A stretch of DNA of 63,973 nt, the filler included, from a bacterium (GTDB lineage: Bacteria; UBA9089; CG2-30-40-21; SBAY01): assembly GCA_040757115.1 (NCBI GenBank). It is 7 parts of 7 records of this genome, joined end to end, with 100 filler letters (N's around TTAATTAATTAA, not from the genome) between each part and the next. Parts side by side here need not be neighbours in the genome. Positions count along the whole stretch, not along the records: positions 9,659 to 19,204 come from JBFLYA010000145.1; positions 19,305 to 28,578 come from JBFLYA010000148.1; 5 more parts are not named here. One strand, written 5' to 3'. The position numbers and the translations under genes are program-made. Positions 9,808 to 19,515 of this stretch are shown in pieces. Every line of letters begins with the position of its first letter. Positions within the stretch are counted from its first letter, which is position 1. The notes below the pieces were generated by a model. It made no database searches, was not told where the DNA came from, and saw only the letters and a list, made by a program, of their open reading frames with translations.

Positions 9808-12705
9808 CTAAAAAGTATAGCTCAGGGAGGTAGTAACATTTCTTGTTGTAGGTCTTTCAGTGGAAGGGCGGTCTTGTAGAAAACTGATGTTTAGTGAAAG
9901 ATTGTCCAGGAAAGAATAATTACCCGCAACATTCAAGTTCTCACTTTCACTATCGTTAGATTTAGTAGAACTAAATGTGGTTGTAAGTCCAAAAGGCGCT
10001 TTTGTAATCTCCATGCCTACTGTTCGGGAAATAGTTTCCTGGTTAATTGTCGTTGTTTTCCCCTTATTTATGTTATAGGCATAAGATGTTGAAACTATCT
10101 CGGTTATAGGAGCGCGGATGGAAACCTTCGTCTCTGTATCTATTTTATCTGTGTCATCCGGGGAATAGATATAAGTTTGCCCAAAAGTAAGTGGAAAATC
10201 CCGATTTTTTATCCTCAAATTGTAATTTATATCTGTGCTGTAATTGTGTGTTATATTTCTTTCTGTGGCTTTCTGCTCAGCCAAAACATAACCTATTTGA
10301 TAGTCCAGGTTTTCAAAGACTGGCTGAGAAAGTTGGAGAGTAAGATTATGAGTAAGATTTCGTGTCTTTTCATCTAAGGAATAAGACTTATCAACACAAT
10401 TACTGAAATTACAAGATAGAGTCATCTCTTTTATAAGATTAAAGAGAAGGTTCAAGGTATATCCGGTATTTTCAGATTTAGGGTTACCTTGTTCATCCTT
10501 TATCTTTGTTGACTGAAATTCAATCCCTGTTTGCCCCAAAAACCTTTTTTCCCCTATATCGTAAGTCATACCTGCGGTTGTCAGATGCGTTTTAGCACTA
10601 TTGGCAGATTCTTCTGTATCAGATAAGTTATAGCCCACACGGAAGATTAAAGAAGATAATGCTTGCCAGGAGAGTCCATAATCCTGGGTAAATGTTTTAA
10701 TATCTGTCTCTGTGGTCTGGGATTTAGAAAGGTTATTATTTAAGTTAAATTTAGTTATAAATTTTAATTTCTCATTAATCTGGCTGATAAGTCCTGCCAT
10801 ATAGTTTTCCGACTCAGATGAGGTTTTTAAACTTTCATCATCAGGTATGTTATCAGTATCAGAAGATTGAATATCAAGGTTTAACTCGAAGATTTTCTTG
10901 AAAGGGATATTTGATGTTAGCCCAATAGATTTTACCTTAGTTTTATTCTTTTCAACAAAGTCCTGTGTTTTGCCAAGATTTAGAATAATATCCGTGGTCG
11001 CCTGCCCTAACTTACTCCCCAGAGAGAAGTTAAAATCTTCTGTTTTAACTTCTTTATCTGAACCAACATTCTCTCTTGTATTTTTATTATCTGAATTAGA
11101 GTAATTGAATTGTATAGGGAAGTTATTAAATACGGATATACCCAGACCAATCTTCATAGAATCATCTTTACTCTTGTAATCGGTTTCATCGAAGGTATTC
11201 AAGCTATCTTCTGTCTTGCCCGATAACGCCAATTCCCACAAAGGATTTTTTATACCTACATCAAGGTCGGCTTTTTGTTTCCCGCCGGTTGTGAACTCTT
11301 GCTTATTTGCCTTAATCTCGCTTCTTATTTCAACTCCATTGTCGAGAGAGCGTGTCTGATTTACCGCGACATTGGTCGATAGGGCATGTTGAGTTTGATT
11401 CTGTTCATCTTCTACTGTTTGATAGCCTGTGGTAATTCCACCGGATGCCCCATCTACTTCAAATTCAGTCCAGTCTATTTGTGTTGGTTGTCCGCTTGTC
11501 CCATCCACATCCCCATATTCCCATCCGCCTTCCATCTCTCCTCCATCCCACTCTTCGCCCTCTTCCATTTCTTCTTCTGGCTCTGGTTCTTCCTCTGGTT
11601 CTACTGGTGGTTCTTCCTCTGGCGCTATTGGTGATTCTTCCTCTGATTCTATTGGTGGTTCTTCCTCTGGCTCTATTGGTGGTTCTTCCGGACTAATAGG
11701 AAGGGGAATTACTATTCTTCCTGGATTGGGATAGATTATTTGAACTTCCAATTTACGGACTCCAGCTGGAATAAAAGGAGAGACTATCACATCGTTATTT
11801 TTTGTTGCCGGAACTTTGAAACTACGCCAGCCCTTGCCATCGAGATAAATATTTCCCCTGACATCTCCAATTCGTGTCTCTGAAGTTCTTAATTTGATGC
11901 CGACTTTGAATTCTTTTTTCTTTTGAATGTCTTTTTTGGGTAAGATAACTTTCATCCCTTTTACTCTAAACAGCTCATCTCTTAGAGTAGTGCGAACCTC
12001 TATTTGAATTGGAGAACTACCGCGAATCGGATTACCGAGGGTATCATAGCCTGAAAATGTGCGGCTAATCGTAAATTTACCGTTTGCCTTTCCTGACAGT
12101 GCCTGTGCCCTTTTCATATCATCAAGGATAATTGGTCTATTTAACCGTTTGGGAGCCCCTGGTGTAATATTTTCAGAGATGAGAAAAACCTCTGTTTTTG
12201 TCCCATTCCCAAATCGATACATAACCTCCTCCCGGGTTATCCTGGCGCCAACAGGACCATTTAGCGAGAGGGTATAGGATAAATTAGCCCTCTTTTCGCC
12301 TTTATAAAATATTAAGGCATTAGGTGATGGCGTAACACGGAGAGTTGTAGCCACAATATTTACTTTGATGCCATCAGAAGATTTCCATTGCTGACCATAA
12401 GCATCTCTAACCGCGAAGTAGTAAGTTTTACCCTGGGTCAATGATAAACCAGACCTCGTCACACTCGTTCCTGTGGCAAATGTCCAGGTAACTACATCTG
12501 TTCCGCCGCGGGTTGTCCCAATGGCATACAGATAACCGTTGGCACCTACTACTGGTGCCCAGTTTGCGGACAATTGTGTTGTTGACCGTGTCCAGTCTTC
12601 ATCTGCACCGAGACCATCATTTACCCAAGCTGGTGCTTGAGCGAAACCTACCTCTGCGGTCAATAAAATCCCTAAAACTATACCCAAAGTTTTTATCCTG
12701 TCCAT
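9808..12705 (-). CDS. Large secreted protein: FN3-like N-terminus, Pro/Glu linker, probable C-terminal beta-barrel
   Basis: Signal peptide; LSANW..YLYAIGTTRGGTDV FN3-like motif; PEEEPPIE repeats; amphipathic strands ending in YTF. Confidence 0.65.
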   Translation of the reverse strand: MDRIKTLGIVLGILLTAEVGFAQAPAWVNDGLGADEDWTRSTTQLSANWAPVVGANGYLYAIGTTRGGTDVVTWTFATGTSVTRSGLSLTQGKTYYFAVRDAYGQQWKSSDGIKVNIVATTLRVTPSPNALIFYKGEKRANLSYTLSLNGPVGARITREEVMYRFGNGTKTEVFLISENITPGAPKRLNRPIILDDMKRAQALSGKANGKFTISRTFSGYDTLGNPIRGSSPIQIEVRTTLRDELFRVKGMKVILPKKDIQKKKEFKVGIKLRTSETRIGDVRGNIYLDGKGWRSFKVPATKNNDVIVSPFIPAGVRKLEVQIIYPNPGRIVIPLPISPEEPPIEPEEEPPIESEEESPIAPEEEPPVEPEEEPEPEEEMEEGEEWDGGEMEGGWEYGDVDGTSGQPTQIDWTEFEVDGASGGITTGYQTVEDEQNQTQHALSTNVAVNQTRSLDNGVEIRSEIKANKQEFTTGGKQKADLDVGIKNPLWELALSGKTEDSLNTFDETDYKSKDDSMKIGLGISVFNNFPIQFNYSNSDNKNTRENVGSDKEVKTEDFNFSLGSKLGQATTDIILNLGKTQDFVEKNKTKVKSIGLTSNIPFKKIFELNLDIQSSDTDNIPDDESLKTSSESENYMAGLISQINEKLKFITKFNLNNNLSKSQTTETDIKTFTQDYGLSWQALSSLIFRVGYNLSDTEESANSAKTHLTTAGMTYDIGEKRFLGQTGIEFQSTKIKDEQGNPKSENTGYTLNLLFNLIKEMTLSCNFSNCVDKSYSLDEKTRNLTHNLTLQLSQPVFENLDYQIGYVLAEQKATERNITHNYSTDINYNLRIKNRDFPLTFGQTYIYSPDDTDKIDTETKVSIRAPITEIVSTSYAYNINKGKTTTINQETISRTVGMEITKAPFGLTTTFSSTKSNDSESENLNVAGNYSFLDNLSLNISFLQDRPSTERPTTRNVTTSLSYTF
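11575..11690 (-). repeat. 24-bp coding tandem repeat (PEEE(P/S)P(I/V)(E/A))
   Basis: About 4-5 imperfect TCTATTGGTGGTTCTTCCTCTGGC units. Confidence 0.85.
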
Positions 12706-12730
12706 TTCTCGTTCCTCCTTATTCCTCTAT

Positions 12731-12905
12731 TGTCGTGTTGAACAAATAACGCACGGAATTTAATTCTGGTAACTGGTGATTGGTAACTGGTAATTAAATA
12801 CCGTTTGGCTGATCTCAGGACGAAACTATTTAACCAGTTACCAGTTATCCGTTTGCAGGTTATGAAATCTGATGATACGCCGTGCAAAACTTACTCAACA
12901 CCACA
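12731..12905. mobile_element. MITE family B copy
   Basis: Near-identical to 2939-3127; flanks are CTAT and CTAG. Confidence 0.85.
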
Positions 12906-13049
12906 CTAGCAAGTTTATAAACAGGAATTTAGGCTTTAGCCTTTCATTGCAACGAATGAAACCCTACGAGGGTAAATTCCATCTTAAATTTATAATATAA
13001 ATATAACATAATAACACTATAAAGTCAAAACTTTTTTTAAAAAAACTTC

Positions 13050-13079
13050 TTGACAAAATAATAATAGTTAAGATATAAT
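13050..13079 (+). promoter_or_regulatory. Sigma70 promoter
   Basis: TTGACA-18 nt-TATAAT upstream of 13111. Confidence 0.65.
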
Positions 13080-13110
13080 AAAAAATGGTTGTTTTAAGGG
13101 GAATAAGAAG

Positions 13111-13560
13111 ATGTTAGCAAAGGAGTCAAGACCATTATTTGTCCTGTTTTGGGGAATTGTTCTCCTGTGTGTTATCCTTTCATCTCAGGGAAGAGTAATG
13201 GGCAAGGTAGAAAAAACGGTTAAACCAAAGATAATTATTTCAGTTTCTTCCTGTGGCAAAGAGGCAGATTTTCCATCAAAAGATAAACTTGTGACTATGG
13301 GGAAGGAGATAATTCAGAGCATTTTCCCTTTGGAGATAGAAAAGAGTCGTCGAGTAAAAGGGGAGATTAGCTTTATCGGGCGGAAGGGAAAAGTGCCGAT
13401 GTTTAAGATGGATTGCCTATTCCTCTACAAGACAACTTATACCGCTGTTACTCACCATGTTGTCTTTAAACTCCATGTAACCGGATACATCATTGTATCC
13501 GTTGATGATAAATTATGGGACACCACAAGCGTAAAATCTAAAATAAAAAGGAGGAAATAG
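13111..13560 (+). CDS. Hypothetical exported protein
   Basis: Hydrophobic N-terminus; first gene of a tight three-gene run. Confidence 0.6.
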   Translation: MLAKESRPLFVLFWGIVLLCVILSSQGRVMGKVEKTVKPKIIISVSSCGKEADFPSKDKLVTMGKEIIQSIFPLEIEKSRRVKGEISFIGRKGKVPMFKMDCLFLYKTTYTAVTHHVVFKLHVTGYIIVSVDDKLWDTTSVKSKIKRRK

Positions 13561-13562
13561 AT

Positions 13563-15110
13563 ATGAAGACTTTTTTATTTTCAGTTTTTTTCTCAATGTG
13601 TTGTATCCCATTAGCATGGGCACAACAACTGTTTCCAGGAGCCAAAATAATCGATGACAAGGTGATAAAGATTCCCTCAGTGGTTCAGGTTGCGACGAAT
13701 ATTAGAGATGTTCAATTGACCACGCGCCTGACTCTTGAGCAGATAGATAAACAAAATGTGGAGAAAGCAACTAAGTTACTGATTAATCAACAGCTTGCGA
13801 CTCTGGTTGGTCGGAGTAGTTCAGTAAGACCAATAGTAACGGTGCTCCAAAGAGTTGGCAAGAAACTTTTGGTTGAATCGCTGGTTGTTTTCCGTGATAA
13901 AACAACATATAGTGCTACACTTTCAAAGATGGACTATGAAGTCGAAGGTGACCAGGTCATTTTAAAGCAGAAGATTGATGACTATAGTCCACGGATAGCC
14001 GTTTTACAGAAACCCGGCGCTCCAAAGGCTGAAACACTAAAGATTAAAAAGGATATTCTTGCCAATCTAAAGATTTCTCTACCGCAGGGATATGGGCCAA
14101 AGGCACTTGCCAATACACCTTGCGATGATATTTCTACAGCAGTGCAATATACAAACCAGATACACAATATCTTTGTTCAGGCATTTGGACTGGCGGAAAA
14201 AAAGATTGGTAACAAGAGCACAAAAGCCGCCCTGATGAATATTCTACAAAAGGGCACACGGCTTCTGGCATGGAATAACATCGGGCACGGAAATCCAGAC
14301 CTGATTGTCGAGTGGAATGACAAATTAATAACGCATGCCGATTTTAATACGCCAACTTCGTTTGAAGGTGTTTATAATGCCGTCATTCTTCTAAACTCGT
14401 GTGATACCTGTGCCTCACCATACCATCTCAAAAATGCGATTATGAACCACAATCCTCGCACCTTCATTGCAGGCAGTAAAGGTTTACCAATTGGCTCATC
14501 AGAAGAAGTGGATTATCATTTCTGGAACTATTCACTTCTTCAAAATCAGACTATGGCCTGGTCTTTAAATGAGGCAGAGAAAAAGAAAAACCTTCTTGGC
14601 TATTTCTGTCTGAATGGCTACAATGGGAAATTTGCAGAAGTTGAGGCGGCAAAATTCACCGAAGATTGCATACCATTTGACTATAAGAAAGTAAAGGCTA
14701 AAAATGTAAATGGTCGGTGGAAAGTAGTTCAAGGGAGTATGTGGATGCTTGATTTCGGAACCAATAAATCTCAAGCAGAAAAGGCTATTGAGATTATGAA
14801 ACACTACAAGCTTGACCGTCAATGCTTTGTTGGACGACCTGATGCTCCGATGCAATACTATACCACAGGTGGAAAAGCACCTCAGGGGAGCCTGGCTGGT
14901 GAGGATTGCATTTCGTTCAATCCTAACAATGTAACCGCTAAAAATATCGGTGGACATTGGAAGGTTGTTGATGGCTCACACTGGCTCCTTGATTTTGGTA
15001 ACAAAGAAGCGGAATCAAAGATTGCCGTAGAAATCATAAAATTTTATGGTTTCAAGCAGATATGTTTTGTGGGAAGACCAAATGCGCCAATGATGTATTT
15101 TAAAAAGTAG
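13563..15110 (+). CDS. Secreted protein with a clan CD-like (His-Gly / Ser-Cys) peptidase domain and a duplicated C-terminal domain
   Basis: Signal peptide; NIGHGNP and LLNSCDT; two EDCI.F...WKVV.GS.W.LDFG...CFVGRP.APM.Y repeats. Confidence 0.6.
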   Translation: MKTFLFSVFFSMCCIPLAWAQQLFPGAKIIDDKVIKIPSVVQVATNIRDVQLTTRLTLEQIDKQNVEKATKLLINQQLATLVGRSSSVRPIVTVLQRVGKKLLVESLVVFRDKTTYSATLSKMDYEVEGDQVILKQKIDDYSPRIAVLQKPGAPKAETLKIKKDILANLKISLPQGYGPKALANTPCDDISTAVQYTNQIHNIFVQAFGLAEKKIGNKSTKAALMNILQKGTRLLAWNNIGHGNPDLIVEWNDKLITHADFNTPTSFEGVYNAVILLNSCDTCASPYHLKNAIMNHNPRTFIAGSKGLPIGSSEEVDYHFWNYSLLQNQTMAWSLNEAEKKKNLLGYFCLNGYNGKFAEVEAAKFTEDCIPFDYKKVKAKNVNGRWKVVQGSMWMLDFGTNKSQAEKAIEIMKHYKLDRQCFVGRPDAPMQYYTTGGKAPQGSLAGEDCISFNPNNVTAKNIGGHWKVVDGSHWLLDFGNKEAESKIAVEIIKFYGFKQICFVGRPNAPMMYFKK

Positions 15111-15127
15111 CGAAATAAGAGGTTGGG

Positions 15128-16150
15128 ATGGGAATAAAAAGAGCAACCAAAATTTCCATAGGATGGGTATGTATCCTATGTATGTTCTCTCCAGTGGTAT
15201 ATGGAAAGGTAAAAGAGCCTCATCCCATCCCTATTTATGTCATCGAACGAGATACACTGCAAACAAGAAATTTCATCCCCGTAGTAAATCATGAAACGAT
15301 GATTATTAATCTGGGGAAGAGAAGTGTGAGACTCGACCTGGTGTCGAAAATTCCAGAGGGTAAATATCGGGAAGGAGAAGGATATCCTGCTTTTTTAGAA
15401 GACTCTCTCCTTCCCGAACCACTTTTTTCTCTCAAAGATATCTCACCAAAAAAAACCTTATATTTGGAACATCCTGAATTCGATAAGGATGAAAACGCAT
15501 ATATCTGGAAAGGGATATTACTTCCGCCAGCTCAGAACCTCATAGCTCAGTATGACAATTATTTTGGGGAATATAGTCATTACTGGACAGCGCAGGGTTT
15601 TGATTTTCAAGGTATTAAAATAAAAACCTCCTACATCTCCTCCAAACTCAATGAATCCGAATGGGAACTTTCATTGAGTTATGATATTGAAAATGCTACT
15701 GGATACCAGGTCAAAGATTTTTCTATGAGTGTTTTTCTCCCGGTAAAAGAAATCAGGAAAGAAGATGAAGTATCTTTTATTGATTTACAGCAAATTTGTG
15801 CCTCACCAAATATAGAGGTATCCCAGGTAACAAAATCAGATGGATATGGTTGTGCGGCGTATGGGGTTATGGCGAATTTGGGCACAAGTGAGTTTGACGC
15901 AGAGGGAAAAATCAGGTTTTTTGTGTGTATTGCCGGGGCATTATTACCCAATAATGGAAGTATTTGGCCCACCATAAATATCACCGGACGCCTTTTTAAT
16001 CAGGAATCCTGCTGGCCAGCAACTCTTATAAAAACAGATATTCCCGTCGCAGAAGAGCACTTTTCCTACACTTCATACAATCTGGTTATAAAAGATAGTC
16101 ATACCTTTACATTTCATCAAGGAGAAGTTGTTGTTCAACAAGAACGATGA
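15128..16150 (+). CDS. Hypothetical exported protein
   Basis: 340-aa ORF with signal peptide, 17 bp after the previous gene. Confidence 0.65.
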   Translation: MGIKRATKISIGWVCILCMFSPVVYGKVKEPHPIPIYVIERDTLQTRNFIPVVNHETMIINLGKRSVRLDLVSKIPEGKYREGEGYPAFLEDSLLPEPLFSLKDISPKKTLYLEHPEFDKDENAYIWKGILLPPAQNLIAQYDNYFGEYSHYWTAQGFDFQGIKIKTSYISSKLNESEWELSLSYDIENATGYQVKDFSMSVFLPVKEIRKEDEVSFIDLQQICASPNIEVSQVTKSDGYGCAAYGVMANLGTSEFDAEGKIRFFVCIAGALLPNNGSIWPTINITGRLFNQESCWPATLIKTDIPVAEEHFSYTSYNLVIKDSHTFTFHQGEVVVQQER

Positions 16151-16184
16151 ATATTTTCTCTTCTGCTCGCTTTCTCACTTGCTC

Positions 16185-17531
16185 CTAATGGCTTACCTTT
16201 CTTTTATCCTTCTCAAAATTAAACTTTGGGTCTTTATCCGTGGTATGGCATTTTGTGCAAATCCCGCTTGAATCTACCTTGCCAGGTTTATCCCCAATCT
16301 TTGCTATCTGCTTATCTACAAAAGGGTTTTGACGGGTGATTAGATGCACCATTCCTAATTTATGGCACTCCTCACACCCAACATTAATAAAATCAGGTGT
16401 CGTCTGATAGTCTGAAAAACCATTATCTTCTTTGAAATGGGTCGTATGACATTTAAGGCATTCAGGATTTTTTTCCTCCTTAACTCTCTGGAGGGATTGA
16501 AATGCCTTTGCATGTTTTGTCTTTTTCCATTGTTTATATTGTTTGTCGTGGCAGGTACTACATCTTTTTGTTCCGGCATATATCGTTCGAACAAATGGGT
16601 TAGCGGGTTGACTTATGCCTTTCTCCTGGGTTTCTTTCTTATATTCCTCAATTATTTTGGCTATTTTTTCATCCACTGGCACAGATTCCTCAAGAACACT
16701 ATTTTTTTCTTCAAAAGAGGTTATTCCTTTATCAAGATAGACCTTAATACATCTTCCTTCATCCCCTTTAGATGATGGTTGGAGAATTAAAGTGTGGTTA
16801 GTCTTGATTACCCCTCCTTCTTTTGTCACTCTAAACAATTCATCACAAATTATAATATCTATTCCCTCAACTCCTTTTACCAGGTCTAAAGATTCTCCTT
16901 TGGTTAGTTGAGTTAGAGCAATAACAAGGTTACATCTATCCCTTAATGATTTGACGATTTCTTTAGCAACATCGATTGGGTCTTTTATAATTAACCCTTC
17001 TTCTAATTTGATTTGTCTGGATAGTCCAAAGATACCTATTTTAATTTCTTTGTCAACACCAGGAAAAGATTTAATTATGTATGGGGCTGTAAGTAATTTA
17101 TCTTTGTCAAATATATTGGCAGAAACAAATGGGAGATTATATTTTTCTTTTAAATTAATCAGCGTATTTTTGTCAAGATGTGGTATATCTTTTTCACTTA
17201 GATTTATCGCATCATAGTGCATTTGTGCCATTGCTCTGGCGATATATTCATTTTTCACATCTTTTATATTTTTTTGGCTTGAGACAAAATAGCCTGAATC
17301 GAGGACAAGATTTATGGGTGCATTTTGCGTATTTTCTTTAATAAAAGTAGCCCATCTGACCAGACCGCCGCCTCTTTTACCTCCACACCCACAGGGCTCT
17401 AAATAGCCTTTTATATTACCCGAATAAAATATTTGAATTGTGGGAATAGAAATATTTGTCTCTTTTCCTTTGACTGGTGACTGCATTCCAGCCAGAGAAA
17501 TTACTAATAATAAAAGTAATAACCTCTTCAT
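16185..17531 (-). CDS. UshA-like metallophosphoesterase-fold domain fused to a tetraheme cytochrome c554-like domain
   Basis: YLEPCGC..GGL, LDSG and YDAINL motifs; four CxxCH motifs (CSTCH, CLKCH, CEECH, CTKCH). Confidence 0.8.
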   Translation of the reverse strand: MKRLLLLLLVISLAGMQSPVKGKETNISIPTIQIFYSGNIKGYLEPCGCGGKRGGGLVRWATFIKENTQNAPINLVLDSGYFVSSQKNIKDVKNEYIARAMAQMHYDAINLSEKDIPHLDKNTLINLKEKYNLPFVSANIFDKDKLLTAPYIIKSFPGVDKEIKIGIFGLSRQIKLEEGLIIKDPIDVAKEIVKSLRDRCNLVIALTQLTKGESLDLVKGVEGIDIIICDELFRVTKEGGVIKTNHTLILQPSSKGDEGRCIKVYLDKGITSFEEKNSVLEESVPVDEKIAKIIEEYKKETQEKGISQPANPFVRTIYAGTKRCSTCHDKQYKQWKKTKHAKAFQSLQRVKEEKNPECLKCHTTHFKEDNGFSDYQTTPDFINVGCEECHKLGMVHLITRQNPFVDKQIAKIGDKPGKVDSSGICTKCHTTDKDPKFNFEKDKRKVSH

Positions 17532-17582
17532 TTTTCAACCTCTTTGTATAATTAGTGATTCAATTAAGTAGTAGCAGGGAAC

Positions 17583-17658
17583 TGGTAGCGCCACGGGGAT
17601 TCGAACCCCGGTCTGATGGCTGAGAACCACCTATCCTGGACCCCTAGACGATGGCGCC
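17583..17658 (-). tRNA. tRNA-Glu(CTC)
   Basis: Cloverleaf GGCGCCA...; anticodon loop TT-CTC-AG; GGTTCGAATCC; encoded CCA. Confidence 0.95.
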
Positions 17659-17940
17659 GTAATGTGAGGGAGATATTCCCTGCAAAATGTCTTCAACACA
17701 ACAACCCGGAGCACCTGCCAGAAATGCTGGGATGTTTTTTTCAGTGTTTCTGGTCAAGTCCAGCGATTTGTAACCGTTCAGGTAATCCTTTACCGCAGAG
17801 ACGCAGAGTTTAATGCAAATATCAAAATGTAAAAATCAAAAGGACAAAGCAAAATGCAAAAATAGTTGTAAGGCAACAAAAAAAATCAAATATTAAATAT
17901 TAAAAATCAAAAATAAGAATAAAAGAATTCCTTAATTTTG

Positions 17941-18177
17941 GTAACCGTTCAGGCTATATATCAAAAGTGTAAGAAAGGGGATAAGGAGATAAGAGTGATA
18001 TGGAGATAAGATAATAGAAATAGATTGAAATTTATAGAAATAGGTAGAAATTGATTGTGGAAAACAACAAATTTCCATAAATTTCTATTAGTTTCTATTA
18101 ATTTCAATTTTTTTAATAATATCTCCCTATCTCCTTAATCTCCACATCTCCTTTTGTTACACCACCTGAACGCTTAC
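17941..18177 (+). mobile_element. 237-bp GTAAC-TIR MITE, TSD TAATTTTG
   Basis: GTAACCGTTCAGG ... CCTGAACGCTTAC; TAATTTTG at 17933-17940 and 18178-18185. Confidence 0.92.
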
Positions 18178-18247
18178 TAATTTTGATATTTGCTCTTTGA
18201 TTTTTGATATGATATTTGATATGTCATTTTCCATTTTAATATTTAAT

Positions 18248-18316
18248 GTGTTTAAAGTGGTTTCGCACTAAATCAGTACTATTCATTTGTGCTCTCTGAC
18301 CACGCTAAACAGGTAC
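18248..18316. repeat. Dispersed ~69-bp repeat; inverted copy at 60042-60110
   Basis: Direct comparison shows only a few mismatches. Confidence 0.8.
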
Positions 18317-18366
18317 TTATATCTTCTTATCGCTAACATTAGTAATTATCCACTTACCCTTTTGCC

Positions 18367-18440
18367 TGGCTGGGGAGCAAGGATTCGAACCTCAACTAAC
18401 AGATCCAGAGTCTGCTGTCCTACCATTAGACGACTCCCCA
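18367..18440 (-). tRNA. tRNA-Gln(CTG)
   Basis: TGGGGAG...; anticodon loop CT-CTG-GA; GGTTCGAATCC; CCA end. Confidence 0.95.
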
Positions 18441-18521
18441 ATAAAATCATAGCATTCACGGATATTTAACTACCCTGGAGTAATGGAGAAGTGGATTTAG
18501 ACCCAATTTCCCAACACTTCA

Positions 18522-18956
18522 TTACTCCAATACCATCGGCTCAATTAAGAAAAGTATTTCTCCTTCTTTTACTTGCGCACCATTTTTTACCATAATTTTA
18601 ATAACCTTCCCCGATACCTCAGATTTTATCTCGTTAAACAATTTCATTGCCTCAATTATACAAACAGTTTTTCCCCGCTCAATAACATTGCCTTGCTCTA
18701 CATAAGGTTCATCATCAGGTGCCGGGGCACGATAAAATATACCCGTCAAAGGAGAAATAATTTTCTCATATTTATCCTGCTCTATTGGCACTTCTTCTTC
18801 CTCAGGAAGTTCCGGGATTAATTCCGTTTCTTGAGGGATTACTTTTTTTTTAATTCTTATTCGTCTTTTTCCTTCACAAATCTCTAATTCCTCAAGGTTG
18901 GCTGTTGTCGCCAATCCAATAATCTCATGAAGTGTTTTTTCTATATCTTTTCCCAT
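18522..18956 (-). CDS. accB: Biotin carboxyl carrier protein
   Basis: SPLTGIFYRAPAP and IIEAMKLFNEI biotinylation motif; start placed at MGKD. Confidence 0.92.
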   Translation of the reverse strand: MGKDIEKTLHEIIGLATTANLEELEICEGKRRIRIKKKVIPQETELIPELPEEEEVPIEQDKYEKIISPLTGIFYRAPAPDDEPYVEQGNVIERGKTVCIIEAMKLFNEIKSEVSGKVIKIMVKNGAQVKEGEILFLIEPMVLE

Positions 18957-19076
18957 AGTTTTTATTTTACTATATAATTTTCGATAATGCAAGTATTTTT
19001 TTATTGATTTTAATAAAAAAATATGATATGATAATAATTAGAGGTCAGAAGACAGAGGATAGAAGGCAGAATATTT

Positions 19077-19204
19077 GGTGGTGTCTTAATCTAGCATAAA
19101 GGTTAAAATAGTGTATAGGGTTCTGCAAAATAGGATTTGAGGGAGACAACAAATAAATATCAAATATTAAATATCAAAATGCAAAATTACAAATCAAATT
19201 TCAA
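19077..19204 (+). mobile_element. Partial GGTGGTGTCT-ended element at a contig edge
   Basis: Near-identical reverse complement of about 59836-59969; includes the ATGCAAAATTAC start of the four-helix-bundle remnant. Confidence 0.8.
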
Positions 19205-19304
19205 NNNNNNNNNNNNNNNNNNNNNNNNNNNNNNNNNNNNNNNNNNNNTTAATTAATTAANNNNNNNNNNNNNNNNNNNNNNNNNNNNNNNNNNNNNNNN
19301 NNNN

Positions 19305-19407
19305 TTTCTTTAGCTGGTTCCCCACCCATAGCTTGTAACACTGTACCTCCCCCAATCACCATACTTAAAACCACTAAAAACCCTAATACTTTTTTTACTT
19401 TAAACAT
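19305..19407 (-). CDS. 5' part of a secreted protein, cut by the contig edge
   Basis: AGGAGGTG RBS; MFKVKKVLGFLVVLSMVIGGGTVLQAMGGEPAKE. Confidence 0.65.
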
Positions 19408-19515
19408 CTTTCAAACACCTCCTAAAATTTTTAACTTTGTTTTTTTAACTATACTACATTTTTTAACATTTGTCAAATTCAATTTCTCATTTTTCCCCTC
19501 ATTCCTTATTTACAT

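Noticed and set aside
17665-17769. GC-richer segment between the tRNAs as a possible ncRNA
   Set aside because: I could not match it to SRP, 6S, tmRNA or a riboswitch, and found no convincing fold by eye.
17583-18440. tRNA-anchored genomic island or prophage
   Set aside because: No integrase, phage genes or duplicated tRNA 3' end are visible.
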